From NCBI GenBank assembly GCA_012295275.1, contig CM022668.1, forward strand, positions 15,624,001 through 15,688,000: a stretch of 64,000 bases of DNA. Reading direction: 5' to 3'. Numbering within the stretch: the first letter of the stretch is position 1; each line of letters begins with the position of its first letter. A program made the position numbers and the translations under genes. This DNA is from Chrysomallon squamiferum (lineage: Eukaryota > Animalia > Mollusca). The notes under the pieces are model-generated. The model was not told the DNA's origin, did no database searches, and saw only the letters and a program-made list of their open reading frames with translations. Positions 1 through 13,954 of this stretch are shown here, one piece after another.

Positions 1-503
1 CACAATCGGATCAATAAAACAACCACGCTCACGCGCTTGGTAAAAATTATTGACCGAAAATACTAGCGTAGCCAAATGCTGTGACGTGTGTTACCCCCTG
101 ACGTCATATCAAGTAATGATCGGGATTCCCGCGGCCATATTTTAATCGTTCGGCGTTTTGGGAAAGCCTTTCGTAGGAGACCATTGCGGACTGAAGAGGT
201 TCACTCTAAAAACATACACGGTCTGTTCGAAAACAGTTTTACACTCTCTGCGAGTTGGATTCCGAAAGAAAACAGACGGAACTATGATACGTTGCTGATT
301 AAAACAGCCGAGGTTGCCAAAGGTCATAATTACTTTGACAGCATAAATTTATCTTTGAGGATAATGAAGGAGACGACTCGGATGTAAAGATGGGCTGTTT
401 GTTCGGACTACTAGCTGAAGTGAGGGTCCATTGAGATTCTGGGAAAGCCTTCGAAAGTTTCTCAAGTTTCGTCGTTGTTACAAAATTTCACTGGAAGGGG
501 AAC

Positions 504-535
<32 letters not shown>

Positions 536-2153
536 GGTTTACGATTCAGCCCTGGAGAAATACCAAGAACCAGTTGAGTTAATATGCAGCTCCGTTCAGA
601 AGAAATATATTTTTATTACAAGAAAACGCTGAATTAAATTAAATTAAAAAAATTATTATATATAAGAAAAGAAGAAATTATTGCTTTGACCTTTAATCCA
701 GCTGCAGAAGAGAAAATAAAGAAATGTAAGAAAAAATAAGAAAGGAAATAAATAAATAAAGAAGAAGAAACAACTGAAAAATATTTTCTTTTTATCGATG
801 AATTGTGATATTTTCATATCACGAAAGAGAAAATATTTACTTGGAAATGACCACACTGAGGAAAGAAAATTAAAAAAAAAAAAGAAGAAAAAAAAAAAAA
901 GATACAAACTCTCTAACACGTTCCTCATAGAAATTATTTCTGGTGTTTGTAGAAAATTTAAGAAACTTTCATATTTCTGAACTGCAGAAGAAACAAGTTT
1001 TGTAATTTAATAAAATGACACCACAAACGTCAAGGTTTCAATCAACCTATCTACTAATAATTCTTCATTTTAAAAAATTTTTCGGAGATGCCTTGTTCTA
1101 TAATGCTTTACTGACCCGAATGGAATGTTTGGTGCTTTAAACTTATAACGGTTGGATTGAAACAGAAAATTGCCATGAAAACGATTTTCGCAACTTGATG
1201 AACTTCAGCGAGCCAGTTCTTCTTGGAAATTAACTTGTTTTCTCATCGTCATTCATGACTTGACTGTTTTCAGTTTTACAAAAGAATGATAGTCTCACAG
1301 AGAAAGAGAAATGAAAGGATCGTTCGACTTCCTGGGACTGTGATTTCAAGTCAGGACGAACGACTTTGAGAACAGGTGCCAAAAACGTCTCATTTTTTTT
1401 CTTAACCAGCGATTCTTGCTTGTGTAAAAAAAAAAAAAAACGGAGGCTCACACAACAGATTATTATTATTTTAATTTTTTTTTTTTTTCCTTCCTGCCAA
1501 ATATCCGGTGGACTTTAAATAATCTCTGAAACAATTTTACGACCAAAACAATCACGAAAGGTTCTACATCTGGTTAGAAAGTGTTTCCAAAAAGTTTTAA
1601 AACTTCCGTAATTAACATTTATTATCTACGACCAGTGGCAATCGGGGATGATGTACGTCGCATTTCCCGGACCCGAGAGCTGTTCAGGGGAGATAACGCG
1701 GTGTTATCGTGACGTTATCTCCCGTAAGAAAGAGACCGGGATATTGTCCAGCGCAGTAAGTAATCAGAGAGTAACCGAAGAAGAAGCGTGCCAGGGAAAG
1801 TCGGAGAGTTTCTGGTGTCTGAGTGAAACACCCAGTTTCGCTGATACGAGGTACTTAAAAAAATGCATGTTTTAGTTTTTGTTAAGTTCCCTCAGTGCGC
1901 GTGGGGCTGAAGACAATTGCGTGTAATCAGCAACGGGTCAAGAAAGGAAGCTGTGTTTTTGTTCTGTTCATTTTAAAAAACAAAATCATCAAAAAACGCC
2001 TTTTCTTTGTCTTTTACTCCTTTGCGATTCCATTTTCAAAGTTTTTTGCTTTTTTGTCGATTGCTAAGTATTAGAGGATCACAAATGAACGGTTCCTTTC
2101 TTAATTATAATTGTAATTATTTCATGATGTTTCTCATACCTGGTAGTTTTTGT

Positions 2154-2216
<63 letters not shown>

Positions 2217-2497
2217 TATATTTTTTGTTTGTTTGTTTGTTTGTTTATTTTATCTAAATTTGTTTATTATCATAAATAAAATAACTGAATTAATTAATTA
2301 AAGGAATGAATCTACTTATACAATAAAAAGTACATGAAATTGAGTAATCGAGCAAAAAGTATATTTGAATAATTTAAATAATTTAAATAATTAAATAGTT
2401 AAATAATTTTAATAAAATTGTCAAAAACATCAAAATACAAAGCTAGCTTTAACTTTGATTGTTACAATTACTGCTTCATGAATCACAACCAAATTTA

Positions 2498-2560
<63 letters not shown>

Positions 2561-3191
2561 ACAAACAAACAAACAAATAAATAAATAAATAAAAATAATA
2601 AATAACAGATAAAATAAGTAATATTACATAAAAAGTTTGCATGTGGTTCAAAAATATGAATAATACTAATTTTTCTTTCTTCTCTTTTTTTTTTATTTAT
2701 TTATTTATTTATTTATTTGCTTGACTGTTTGTTTGTTTGTAGGTAAGTCAGCCTTTTTACTTATTAATTAATTCATCTACTTGTTTATAATCATTACTGT
2801 ATAATATTAATTTGCTTGGACATGCACTATTTTTAAAGACAGGTCTTCTTTCATGATACTGATACAAAACGCGTCATTCTTAAAATTAAAACATATATCA
2901 AATATGAAATAAAAATGTTTATGCTTATAATCACTATTGATACATTATTAATTCACATAAATTATGTATTAAAAAGTAAGATAAATTTGTAAATATCGTT
3001 GAGACCTCAAACTAAAACATTTCTCTGTGAAATACACTTTCTAATATAATTTCCAATATCCAACTTTGTTTGATCATTTGTAATACTAAATTTATTTATT
3101 TTTAATTTTTCAGAAATAGCAACGACAGAGAAAAATCTACAAGAAGCATTCTTAAACGATTTACTGAGGAAAGTAAGAAAAGAAACAAAAA

Positions 3192-3231
<40 letters not shown>

Positions 3232-3633
3232 AATAAAAAAAAATAAAATAAAATAAAATAAATAAAAGTAAAAAATAAAAGTAAAAAAAAAATAATAAAT
3301 ATTCACACGATCACCCTCAAAATTAAAGCAAGGTGAAGAAAACCTCTTTAATGAGGGCACCTCCGTTATCGAGAAGCTTCATTCGAAAATATAACAAGGA
3401 AACATGATGAAAGATAGAGCTGTTATTCCCAGGGGAAAAGGGTATATAAAAAGGCCACACCCAATCCACTTCGCAAAATAAATTATAATTACGGTAAGAC
3501 AAATTATTTAAATTAATTAATTTTTGATTTTTGATTTGTTTTTAATATGTTTTTAATTTTTGTTTATTATCAGTGTATATATTGTTATTACTTTTATTAT
3601 TATTAGTAGTAGTGGTATGGTAGTAGCAGCAGC

Positions 3634-3683
<50 letters not shown>

Positions 3684-4400
3684 AAGCAGTAGTAGTAGTA
3701 AAAAGTAATTGTAGCAGTAATTTTAAAAATAGTAAAAATACTACATGTAGTAGTATTATAGTCGCAGTAGTTGTAGTAGTAGTAACAGTACTACTAATAG
3801 CATTAGTCGTTTTTGTAGTAGTTGTAATAGCTGTAGTAATAGTGGTAGTAATAGTACAAATAGTAGTTGTAGTAGTCGTCTTGTGGTAAAGTAGTAGTAG
3901 TAGTAGTAGTAGTAAAGTAGTAAAATACAAATTTAAAGTTGCAATAGCAGTTACAAGAAAACAAAGCATTAGAAACAAGTAAGAAAAGAAAAATGCAAGA
4001 TTCTTTTTTTCTTCTTCTTTTTCTCTTTTTTTCATAGGACAAAGGAAAGAAATAGAGGGGGGAAAAAAACCCCAACAAAAAACAATAGCAAGAATAAGAG
4101 ACTGATCCTTAAGAAATTTCTGCATTCTGAACAGACACCTGATCATTGAGGGAAACCCCTGCAGGCAGAGACTGTTTTTATAACATACTTATTCTATTTG
4201 TTTGTTTTGCGTTCGGTACCGCAATTCAACCGGCGCACCGCGGTGGTGGAAGTTACACAGAAGATGTCGTTATGGAAACGGTTTCTGTCCAAAATACAGT
4301 AATATTAATTCAATGAAAGGTGAAAAAACTTTTCTTCTTTTTTTAATTCTTTTTTTTCTTTTTGTTTTCTTTTAACAGTGATGAAAAAGTGGATGATGTA

Positions 4401-4441
<41 letters not shown>

Positions 4442-4858
4442 CGATGATGATGACGAAAAGGCGAAGGAGAAGGATGATTATTATAGGGCCGATGGAAGCA
4501 ACTGTTTTTTAAGCGGAAATAAATGAGTATTTGTTTACTTATTTTTTTTCCTATTTATATATTTATTTGTCTTTATTTATTTATTTTTTTATTACAGTGT
4601 AATGTTATTTTAACTTGGGATCTATGAAAACTATTTCATTTATTTGTTTTTTTATTTATTTACAGTTTTGATATTTTCATTATATTTGTTTGTTTGTTTA
4701 TTTGTTTTGTTTTTGCTTTCAGTATATTTATATGTGTGTGTGTGTGTGTATGTATGTGTGTGTATGATGATGATGATGATAATAATAATAATAATAATAA
4801 TAATAGCAACAACAAATCAACAATAATAGTAATAACAACAACGATAAATATTTATTAC

Positions 4859-4912
<54 letters not shown>

Positions 4913-5151
4913 TATTATTATTGTGATGAAGATGAAAAAATTTGAATTTTGAAGAATATAAAATATTAAGGATTCACGTGATTTCCATTTAATTATGTAT
5001 TTATTCATTCATTCATTCATTCATTCATTCATTCATTTATTTGTTTATTCTGTTTTATTTTGTTTATAATTGTTTCATCATCATCACCACTGTTATTGTT
5101 AATACATCTGAATTATCAATATTTTCATTATTATTACTATTATTATTATTA

Positions 5152-5183
<32 letters not shown>

Positions 5184-5935
5184 TTCATTATTATTATTAT
5201 TATTATTATTATCATTATTATTATTTATTATTATTATTTTCATTATTATTATTTTAATTTTCTGCATATTTCTGTTTTAATTTGTGAAATTTGAAACATT
5301 CTTTACAAGTAAGAAGTCATTTAAAACAGTTAACTGAATTTTAAAACAGAATTTCAAATATGTTAAAGTGACTTTTTAACAATAAATACATTGAAACAAG
5401 TAACAAAGAAAGAAAACAAGAAACAGAGTAGGCAGTAAAAAAAAAAAGATAAAGACAATAAAAGAAAAGAAATAAAGGAAAAAAGACAGAAAAAATAATA
5501 AGAAATAGAAAGAATATAAAAAAAGAAAAAAATGAAACAAAGAAAGAACAAAGAGTCAGAAAATAATAGCAAGAAGAAAAAAAAAGAAAAAAGAAATAAA
5601 AAAGAAATCTTTAAAATAGAAAGAAAGAATCAAAAAGGGAGGACTGAAAAAATGAAGCGAAAAAGAAATAATTTCAAAAGTATTGAAAAGAAATGAAATA
5701 CAAAGATAAGTAAAATTTAGAAAAGAGTGAAAGAAAGAATAAAAACAGAAAACGGAAGAAATAAAAATACGGAATTAGAGAAAGAATATTAAGAAGAGAA
5801 AGCAATTTAAAAAAAAAAAAAAAAAAAACACACAAAAAAAAAAAAAAAAAATAAAATAAAAACAAAATAAAAATAAAACATTCCCAAAAACAAAACAAAA
5901 AAAAATTAAAAGTTAAAAAAGAATCAGAATTAGGG

Positions 5936-5966
<31 letters not shown>

Positions 5967-6026
5967 AAATTGACGAAGAAATATAAAACAATCAAATTAA
6001 CAACAACTAAATCTCTAATATCTTAC

Positions 6027-6300
6027 CCGTTGGTTCAGCTTTTATCTTTCCAAACGACCATAAGTACATTTGTCACCTAAATCCAGCCGTAAAACCACTC
6101 GGTATAGTTCATCCATCTGTACCCATCCATAACACTTAATTACCTACATACATCACGCGTCACAAAACACGGAACAACTCACACTCGTATCCAATAACTC
6201 CGCCGACCGGGCTCTTTTTAAAACCAGCCGTCCATCTAGAAAGTAAAGCGTCAAAGGAAGGTAACTCGATATAATATCGTTCAGACCAATGAGCATTTTG
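6027..6300 (-). promoter_or_regulatory. Candidate promoter and first exon
   Basis: CCAAT at 6286, TTTAAAAA TATA-like element near 6220 on -, donor CGG|GTAAGA with exon end 6027. Confidence 0.35.
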
Positions 6301-7214
6301 ACTCGCCTCGATCAACCAGTGAGAAAGTTTTTACTGCCTCTCTTTAAAGGACGATAACTCGACCGAAGAAGAGGGAAAGAAAAAAAAAAATAAAAAAAAT
6401 AAAATAAAAAAAGCTAATTCCGTTGAAGATTTTTTTCTTGGGCTGTTTGACAAGGAACAACTCAGGTGCATGGTCCAGTAACGGCTGCGAACTGTTTACT
6501 TTTCGTTAATTAACCGATCGCGGTTCGTCTCTGGTCGAAAAAGGAAAAAAAAAAAAAAAAAAAAAAATGCTGTCCCCGAAGAAATGTCTTAGCTGATAGA
6601 TGTGCAATTTTTCAACCAATATAGACACTTGGGGTACACTGTGACAACAACCTCGTTTTCGATGTGAACTTTAGTATCGCTCTGTAGCAGACGACGGAAG
6701 ACACACACAAAAAATGCGGGAATGACTGGTGGTTTAGCAGACGTCAGAATTCGCCATCGAGATGAATAAAAGAAGAAATGAATGAATGATAGTATGAATG
6801 AATGCATGGTTGAATGAATGATTAATGCTGATGATGTAGAAAGAATTTCACATCACATTAATGAATGAATAATAGTATGAATGAATAATTGATTGAATGA
6901 TAGTATGAATGAATAATTGATTGAATGATAGTATGAATGAATAAATGATTGAATGGAAGATTAGTGTTGATGATAAAGAAAGAATTTCACATTGCATTAG
7001 TGAATGAAGGTAATAAAAAAATTGGCAAATCAGTGTTAACAGTAACAATAATAATAAAAAATTATTTAAAAAAATAGAATTATGTACAAGTCATTAAACT
7101 GCAAAAATAAATAAATAAATAATTAAATGAATTAGTGAAAGAGTAATATATGTAACACAAATAAAACATGTAGAATAAAATGTTAAATCATAAATTCCTT
7201 TAATTTACTGTTTA

Positions 7215-7217
<3 letters not shown>

Positions 7218-7293
<76 letters not shown>
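7218..7293. repeat. (CT)n microsatellite
   Basis: Direct inspection. Confidence 0.95.
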
Positions 7294-7300
<7 letters not shown>

Positions 7301-7924
7301 CTCGCTCTGTCTCAATCTCTTATAAGCTCAAAAAAAAAATCAGTAAATTCTCTTAATTTATATGCATGTGCGTGCGTGCATATATATGTGACAGAGGAGG
7401 GGGGCATGTGCTGAATCCAGCTCAGTGTCACTTATCAAGACTAAAATATTGATTATTGATATTCGTATCATATATCACAATCACTTCCCAGGCACAAATA
7501 GCACTGTTGACTTAAACACGTCAACTATTTCATTGGCGGACATCTTGTATTGTTCCGCTGTGGGAAAACAGTCTAATATGTTAAAAGCAGACCCAGTCAG
7601 TTGTCCTGTGCACGTGACAGACACACAGACTGCGGAAACTCAGTTCTATACACAAGTTGTGCTGGTTTCATAAATGTAAAAATTCCCATTAAATATTAAT
7701 GTAACTGAACAAAAGAGTGGAAACAAAAATCCATGTTTCTTTTTTTTATTATTATTATTATTTTTTATTTATATCTTCTTTTTTTTTTGTCCCGTGGTTT
7801 CCTTACAACTGACCACAATTGGGTGAATTTTACATTTAAAAGAAACAAATACATACTTGTGAAAAGTTTAAAAAATATATATTCTCCGATTATGAAATTT
7901 ATTTTAATATAATAATTTAACTAC

Positions 7925-8033
<109 letters not shown>

Positions 8034-8062
8034 ACGAACATACAAATATGTGTGTATATGTT

Positions 8063-8097
<35 letters not shown>

Positions 8098-9315
8098 AAA
8101 ATGATGATCAGGTTTATAACCTAAAATGACCTAATTTCGGTAAAACGTGATCTAAAAGCTTTATCAAACACATAGACCTATCACGTTTGTAAAGAACACC
8201 CGGGCTCTCATTCACGAGGCTCTAAACAGAAATACACCGCCAAGTCCTAGAATTATTCCATTGACACTAAACGCAATAACAGGAATCATTTACTTGATAT
8301 AAAACGTATGGCGCCAAGTATTGTTTATCTAAGTCACATTAGACCTTGTTATTGTATCCTAGTCATTGTTTTCGTTTCGTTTTGTACCCAGTTTTAAAGT
8401 AGACGGTGGCGATGATATTTTTTCCCTCGGAGAAAATTATCCCGCATCACGTTAAATGAAGACTATAATGTTACCCGTTTGGAACAAAATATTGCTGCTA
8501 AATCAACAAAACACAATTATATATTTCCGGTTCCAGGCCGGTATGGATATTAGAAACATAAAATAGAAAATTATACCTTTGGTCAAAAATAAATAAACTG
8601 AACTACGTCAACACACGTGCATACACACATAAACACACATAAAAACACACACACACACACACACATATGCATACATATTTGAAATTATTATTATTATTAT
8701 TGCAGTAATAAAATAATAATAGAAGTACTAGTACTAGTAGTGGTAGTGGTAATAATGATAGTAACTGTTGTAGTAGTTGTTGTATTAATAGTACAGCAGT
8801 GGTAATAATAATTTCTTTTTGTTGCTGCCGCAGACAAAGCAAAAGATTAGAACAGCAGTAGAAAAAAAAATAGAGCGTGATCTTTTCTTTCTAAAACAGG
8901 TATGAGAGAAACCGCGGCGGACATCTTGAAACCACGCCCTCTGCCAGTGAACCCAGCGACTGTTTAAGGACATTTTCCAAAGTCAGATATCGGTGACACA
9001 GCGACGTCCTCATTAACGTTTGCGACGTTCTGAAACGACGTGAGCAAACACGACACACGCTTGTCTATGCGTAGCTGAACATCTGAAAACTGCCCACAAT
9101 TCCGTTCATTCTAATTAAGAAACAAGTTAGCTATTTCGAAACACATAGTTATGTGTTTATGTGTCTGTGTGTCTGTGTGTCTCTCTCTGTGTGTGTGTGT
9201 GTGTGTCACTGTGTTAACAAAGAGGTAAACAAATAAAATGTGTAATAAAGTAAGAAAAGTAAATTTTAAATAAATGAAAGTATTGATCAGTTGTTCAAAA
9301 GTCTTATTATCATAA

Positions 9316-9349
<34 letters not shown>

Positions 9350-9711
9350 CATAATCATCATCATTATTTTTTTTTTTTACAATTTTATAGTCTCTATCGT
9401 TATAATTGTTATTATAATAATTACTTTTTTCTTTTCTTTTTAAGACATCCTATTAGTGGTTAAGTAATTTGCATTACAGAAACACTTGTGACGTATGCTG
9501 ACGTCAGAGTAGGCATTAATCTTTTTAACAGAACATCTAATAATACATCGTAATACGTTTAAAAGGTTTTCAGATTTATTTCTTATACTGGGCATTTTAC
9601 ATTTTATGAAAGCCGTTGTGCTGTAAAAGTAAAATAATAAAAGGTAAACTAAGTTACTAGTCAGCACTGGATCAATAGAAACTAGCACACACACACACAC
9701 ATGCATGTTTC

Positions 9712-9956
9712 TATGTATGTATGTATGTATTTATGAATGTATGTATGTATGTATGTATGTATGTATGTATGTATGTATGTATGTATGTATGTATGTATGT
9801 ATGTATGTATGTATGCATGCATGTATGTATGTATGAATGTATGTATGTATGTATGTATGTATGTATGAATGTATGTATGTATGTATGTATGTATGTATGT
9901 ATGTATGTATGTATGTATGTATGTATGTATGTATGTATGTATATATGCATGCATGT
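9712..9956. repeat. (TATG)n microsatellite
   Basis: Direct inspection. Confidence 0.95.
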
Positions 9957-10041
9957 ATGGATCCAGTTATGTATGCATGTACGTGTGTACGTAAGTGTGT
10001 TTGTGTTAATGTTTAGGTATCTATGTGCATTCGCATTAATT

Positions 10042-10082
<41 letters not shown>

Positions 10083-10274
10083 GTGTGCGACCATACACAC
10101 ACCCATACATATATCTACATCAACACTTACACATATTGTTTTTAATTTGCTTTAAAGTGTATTTTCAAGACTTCATACTCCTACAATCTATTTATTTTCC
10201 CTCAAACCCAAGTTCACTCCACATCAAAGTAATTCCTATAAACTCCTCAGAGATGGCAGTAAAGAATAGATATT

Positions 10275-10308
<34 letters not shown>

Positions 10309-11024
10309 CGGAAAAAAGAACTACACGAAAACATGGGAACTAAACTTAACGTGACTTCTCAGTCTAGCGCGAGCGTTGCTTTTCTTATCGCCAGGGACTG
10401 AACGGCGGATTCGTGAAATAATTCCGTGTGGGTATAACAATTGTAAAAATGTAGCTCACTCAGTCGCCGGGTTTGACTCCCCGACTCGCAATTTTGTCAC
10501 ACGCGGTAAGAATGCTCTTGAAGCCAGATCGAGGCTGTAGATGCGCGAGCGAGCGCGCGGGGATCGCGGTATTTCGGCCTCCAGAGCCGGTCCACGGAGT
10601 TCGCGAAATCTCTCGTGCTCACGCGCGAGCCTCGATCTCCTTTTCTCGTTGTCGTGATCAAAAAGGCAGACGCGAAGAAAAAGGTATTCGTATGAATTTC
10701 GGCAATTCAGGGCAGAAAAGAAATAAAAATCAAAAAATAATAATAATTTTTTTTTTTACCCATCTCCCCGAAGTGAGAATACGTTGGTCCTCCTGAGATT
10801 TGTGAGACGAACGTAAAACTGCTTTGAAATTCAATTTTTGTTTCTCCTCCGGGTTCGTGAACGAAATGGCCGATCAAAGCGTACTCCAGTTGTTTTCGTA
10901 TCTGTTATACGTATGTCATATTCCACGTCAAGTAATTTATACCCTGGCACAGAGAAGAAACTTAAGTGGAATCATATGTGTAAGCCAAAAACAGCGTTAA
11001 TATGCTCCTTAACTTGTTGCTTAA

Positions 11025-11152
11025 CATACATACATTCATATATACATTCATACATGTACATACATACATACATACATACATACATGTACATACATACATA
11101 CATTCATACATACATACATACATACATACATACATACATGTACATACATACA

Positions 11153-11186
<34 letters not shown>

Positions 11187-11775
11187 CATTCATACATGTA
11201 CATACATACATACATACATTCATATATATATTCATACATATATACATTCATACGTATACATACATACATATATACATTCATACGTATACATACATATATA
11301 CATACATACATATATATACATTCATACGTATACATACATACATACATAAGTACATTCATACATGTACATACATACATATATATATTCATACATGTACATA
11401 CATACATTTCATACATATACATACGTATACATATATACATTCATACGTATAGATATATACATATATACATATACATACATACATTCGTGCATATACATAT
11501 ATATATTTCATACATATACATACATACATATATGTACATTCATACATTCATATGTACATATATATATATTCATACATGTACATACATACATACATTCGTG
11601 CATATACATACATACATACATACATTCATATATATACATACACATATATACATATAGATACATACATATACATACATACATATACATACATAGATATACA
11701 CATATATATATACACACCAACACACATACGCGCATACTCACATATATACAAAGATACATATATACATATATAAAT
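11025..11775. repeat. Long degenerate (CATA)n/(TA)n compound microsatellite
   Basis: Direct inspection. It is the source of the many HTYI/YVCM ORFs. Confidence 0.95.
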
Positions 11776-12062
11776 ATATAATTGCCTAAAGAAAACAATA
11801 AATATAATAAGGATAGCAACAACAAGAACTAAACAGGTAAACAAATATTTGTCTTCTAAACTGTGGCATCTCTTAAAATGAAACGTGTTAATCAGTAAGA
11901 TACAGCACATACATTATACTGAAATAGTTTATATATGTCATTCGCCATCAAATTCTATGTCTTCTTGTTCCCAATATAATACGACTTTGATACAAATATG
12001 ACACCCTCTTTCAAATTATTTTAAAAAAAAAAAAAAATTATTATTATTATTATTATTACTAT

Positions 12063-12109
<47 letters not shown>

Positions 12110-12339
12110 TAATATTTATTTGTTTGTTTACATTGTTTAAACCCACTTCCGGTTTATAAACATTTTAAAGAAAATATATATATATATAACCCTGTTTCAG
12201 TAATTATGGAAACGTAATTGCGATTTGATTCTATAAAACGTACACGTTTAAAGTATTAAAATAGTGATAATAATAATAACAACAATAATAAGAGTAAGAC
12301 TGACACAGAAGAAATAACTTATGAGAGATCGACACTTAC

Positions 12340-12720
12340 TGCTCGCTTCTTGCAGCCGAACGTACTCGGCGCCAAAACTGAATCCCGCGTGCCGTTCCGT
12401 GAAAACCTATCCTATCCTCAGCGATCACTTCGTCTTCGACGTCTCTCGCGAACCTAATCAACTACGACAGAAGCACGATTAATATTGCATCGTCTTGTGG
12501 GTCGTCTTATTTCTCATTAGCTCGTTTCTAATCAATGGACATGTTTCAACTATATACTCCGAGCGCTTGCGTCACGCCGAAAGTGTCGCTCTGACGTCTG
12601 CGCGCTCCAAGGAACGTGACGTCACGCGGCTAACCGTTTTGACAAAGTTGCGCTGTGACGTCAGACGGAGCTGTCTATCGATTCTTTCGGTAAAACGACG
12701 AGGCAACGTGACGTTTTTGA
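12340..12720 (-). promoter_or_regulatory. CRE cluster, TATA-like element and candidate non-coding first exon
   Basis: TGACGTCA at 12617 and 12656, plus three CRE-like sites (~12568, ~12592, ~12709). GTATATAG on - at 12557-12550. Donor GCA|GTAAGT with exon end 12340. Confidence 0.5.
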
Positions 12721-12834
12721 TTTAGCTATTTTATCCGAAGCGTCTGCTAAAAGGAATAGAGAAAAAAAAAATATATGGAGAAAGAAATAGATAATATTCT
12801 TGTTTCGTGTTTGGTTTCCTGTTCGGAGAGTGTG

Positions 12835-12865
<31 letters not shown>

Positions 12866-12882
12866 CTTTTTTTATTATAATT

Positions 12883-12961
<79 letters not shown>

Positions 12962-13099
12962 ATATGTAAACATTCACGCACAAACAATACATATATGCAT
13001 ATGCACATAGATAGAAAGGTAGATAGATAGACAGATAATAAGAAAAAAATAACAGAAAGATAGATTGATTAATAGATAGTTTTATATATAGAGATAGAA

Positions 13100-13107
13100 T
13101 GACAGAC

Positions 13108-13166
<59 letters not shown>

Positions 13167-13255
13167 CGGATATATAGATAGATGGATGGATGGATGGATG
13201 GATGGATGGATGGATGGATGGGTGTATAGATATAGATAGATAGATAGGTAGAGAG
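13100..13255. repeat. (GATA)n/(GATG)n compound microsatellite
   Basis: Direct inspection. Confidence 0.9.
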
Positions 13256-13874
13256 ATAGGAAAATAGACAGATATGCAGATAGACAGATATGTAGAAAGA
13301 CAGATATGTAGATAGACAGATATACGTACAGAGAGACACACACAGACAGACAAAAATTCGGATAATCTAAGAGATAGATAGGTAAACAGAAAATCAGGTA
13401 AACGCACTGGGATAGCTATTATGTATTGCCGTCTAACACTGCATAAACAATTCTAACACTTGTTATTCCCAAAGACATTTTTATATAATTTGCGGAGACG
13501 CTTGCAAACAGCAACTACAACAGCATCAGTAAGCTGGTGTAAGTGTCGGCAAGACAAAATAAAAAATCGATGCACGGTTCGTGTTAATGAACGACGTCGG
13601 AGCTGCAAACTATGTCGATGACGCTAGATTAGCAGCTAAGAAATTGGCTTACGTGGTGCATTGTGGGAAAGCGCGTGATGACGTCAGAGAACTAACCGAG
13701 TGCGTGACCTCGGGTTATTAGTTTTTGAGAGATTTTGATGAACTGCTTACAGGGAAACCATTTTAAAAGAATGGTAAAGAGTGGTTTGTTAAGTAAAAAT
13801 ATTATTAGCAACAACGGAGATGAGGTTCTTGAATATTCCACAGTCCACGATGGTTTTCTACTGCATTCTTTTTC

Positions 13875-13954
<80 letters not shown>

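Noticed and set aside
296-508. - strand ATG frame with an in-frame TGA after 6 codons and about 60 further open codons (possible readthrough)
   Set aside because: No recognisable protein, SECIS or readthrough context. Compatible with chance.
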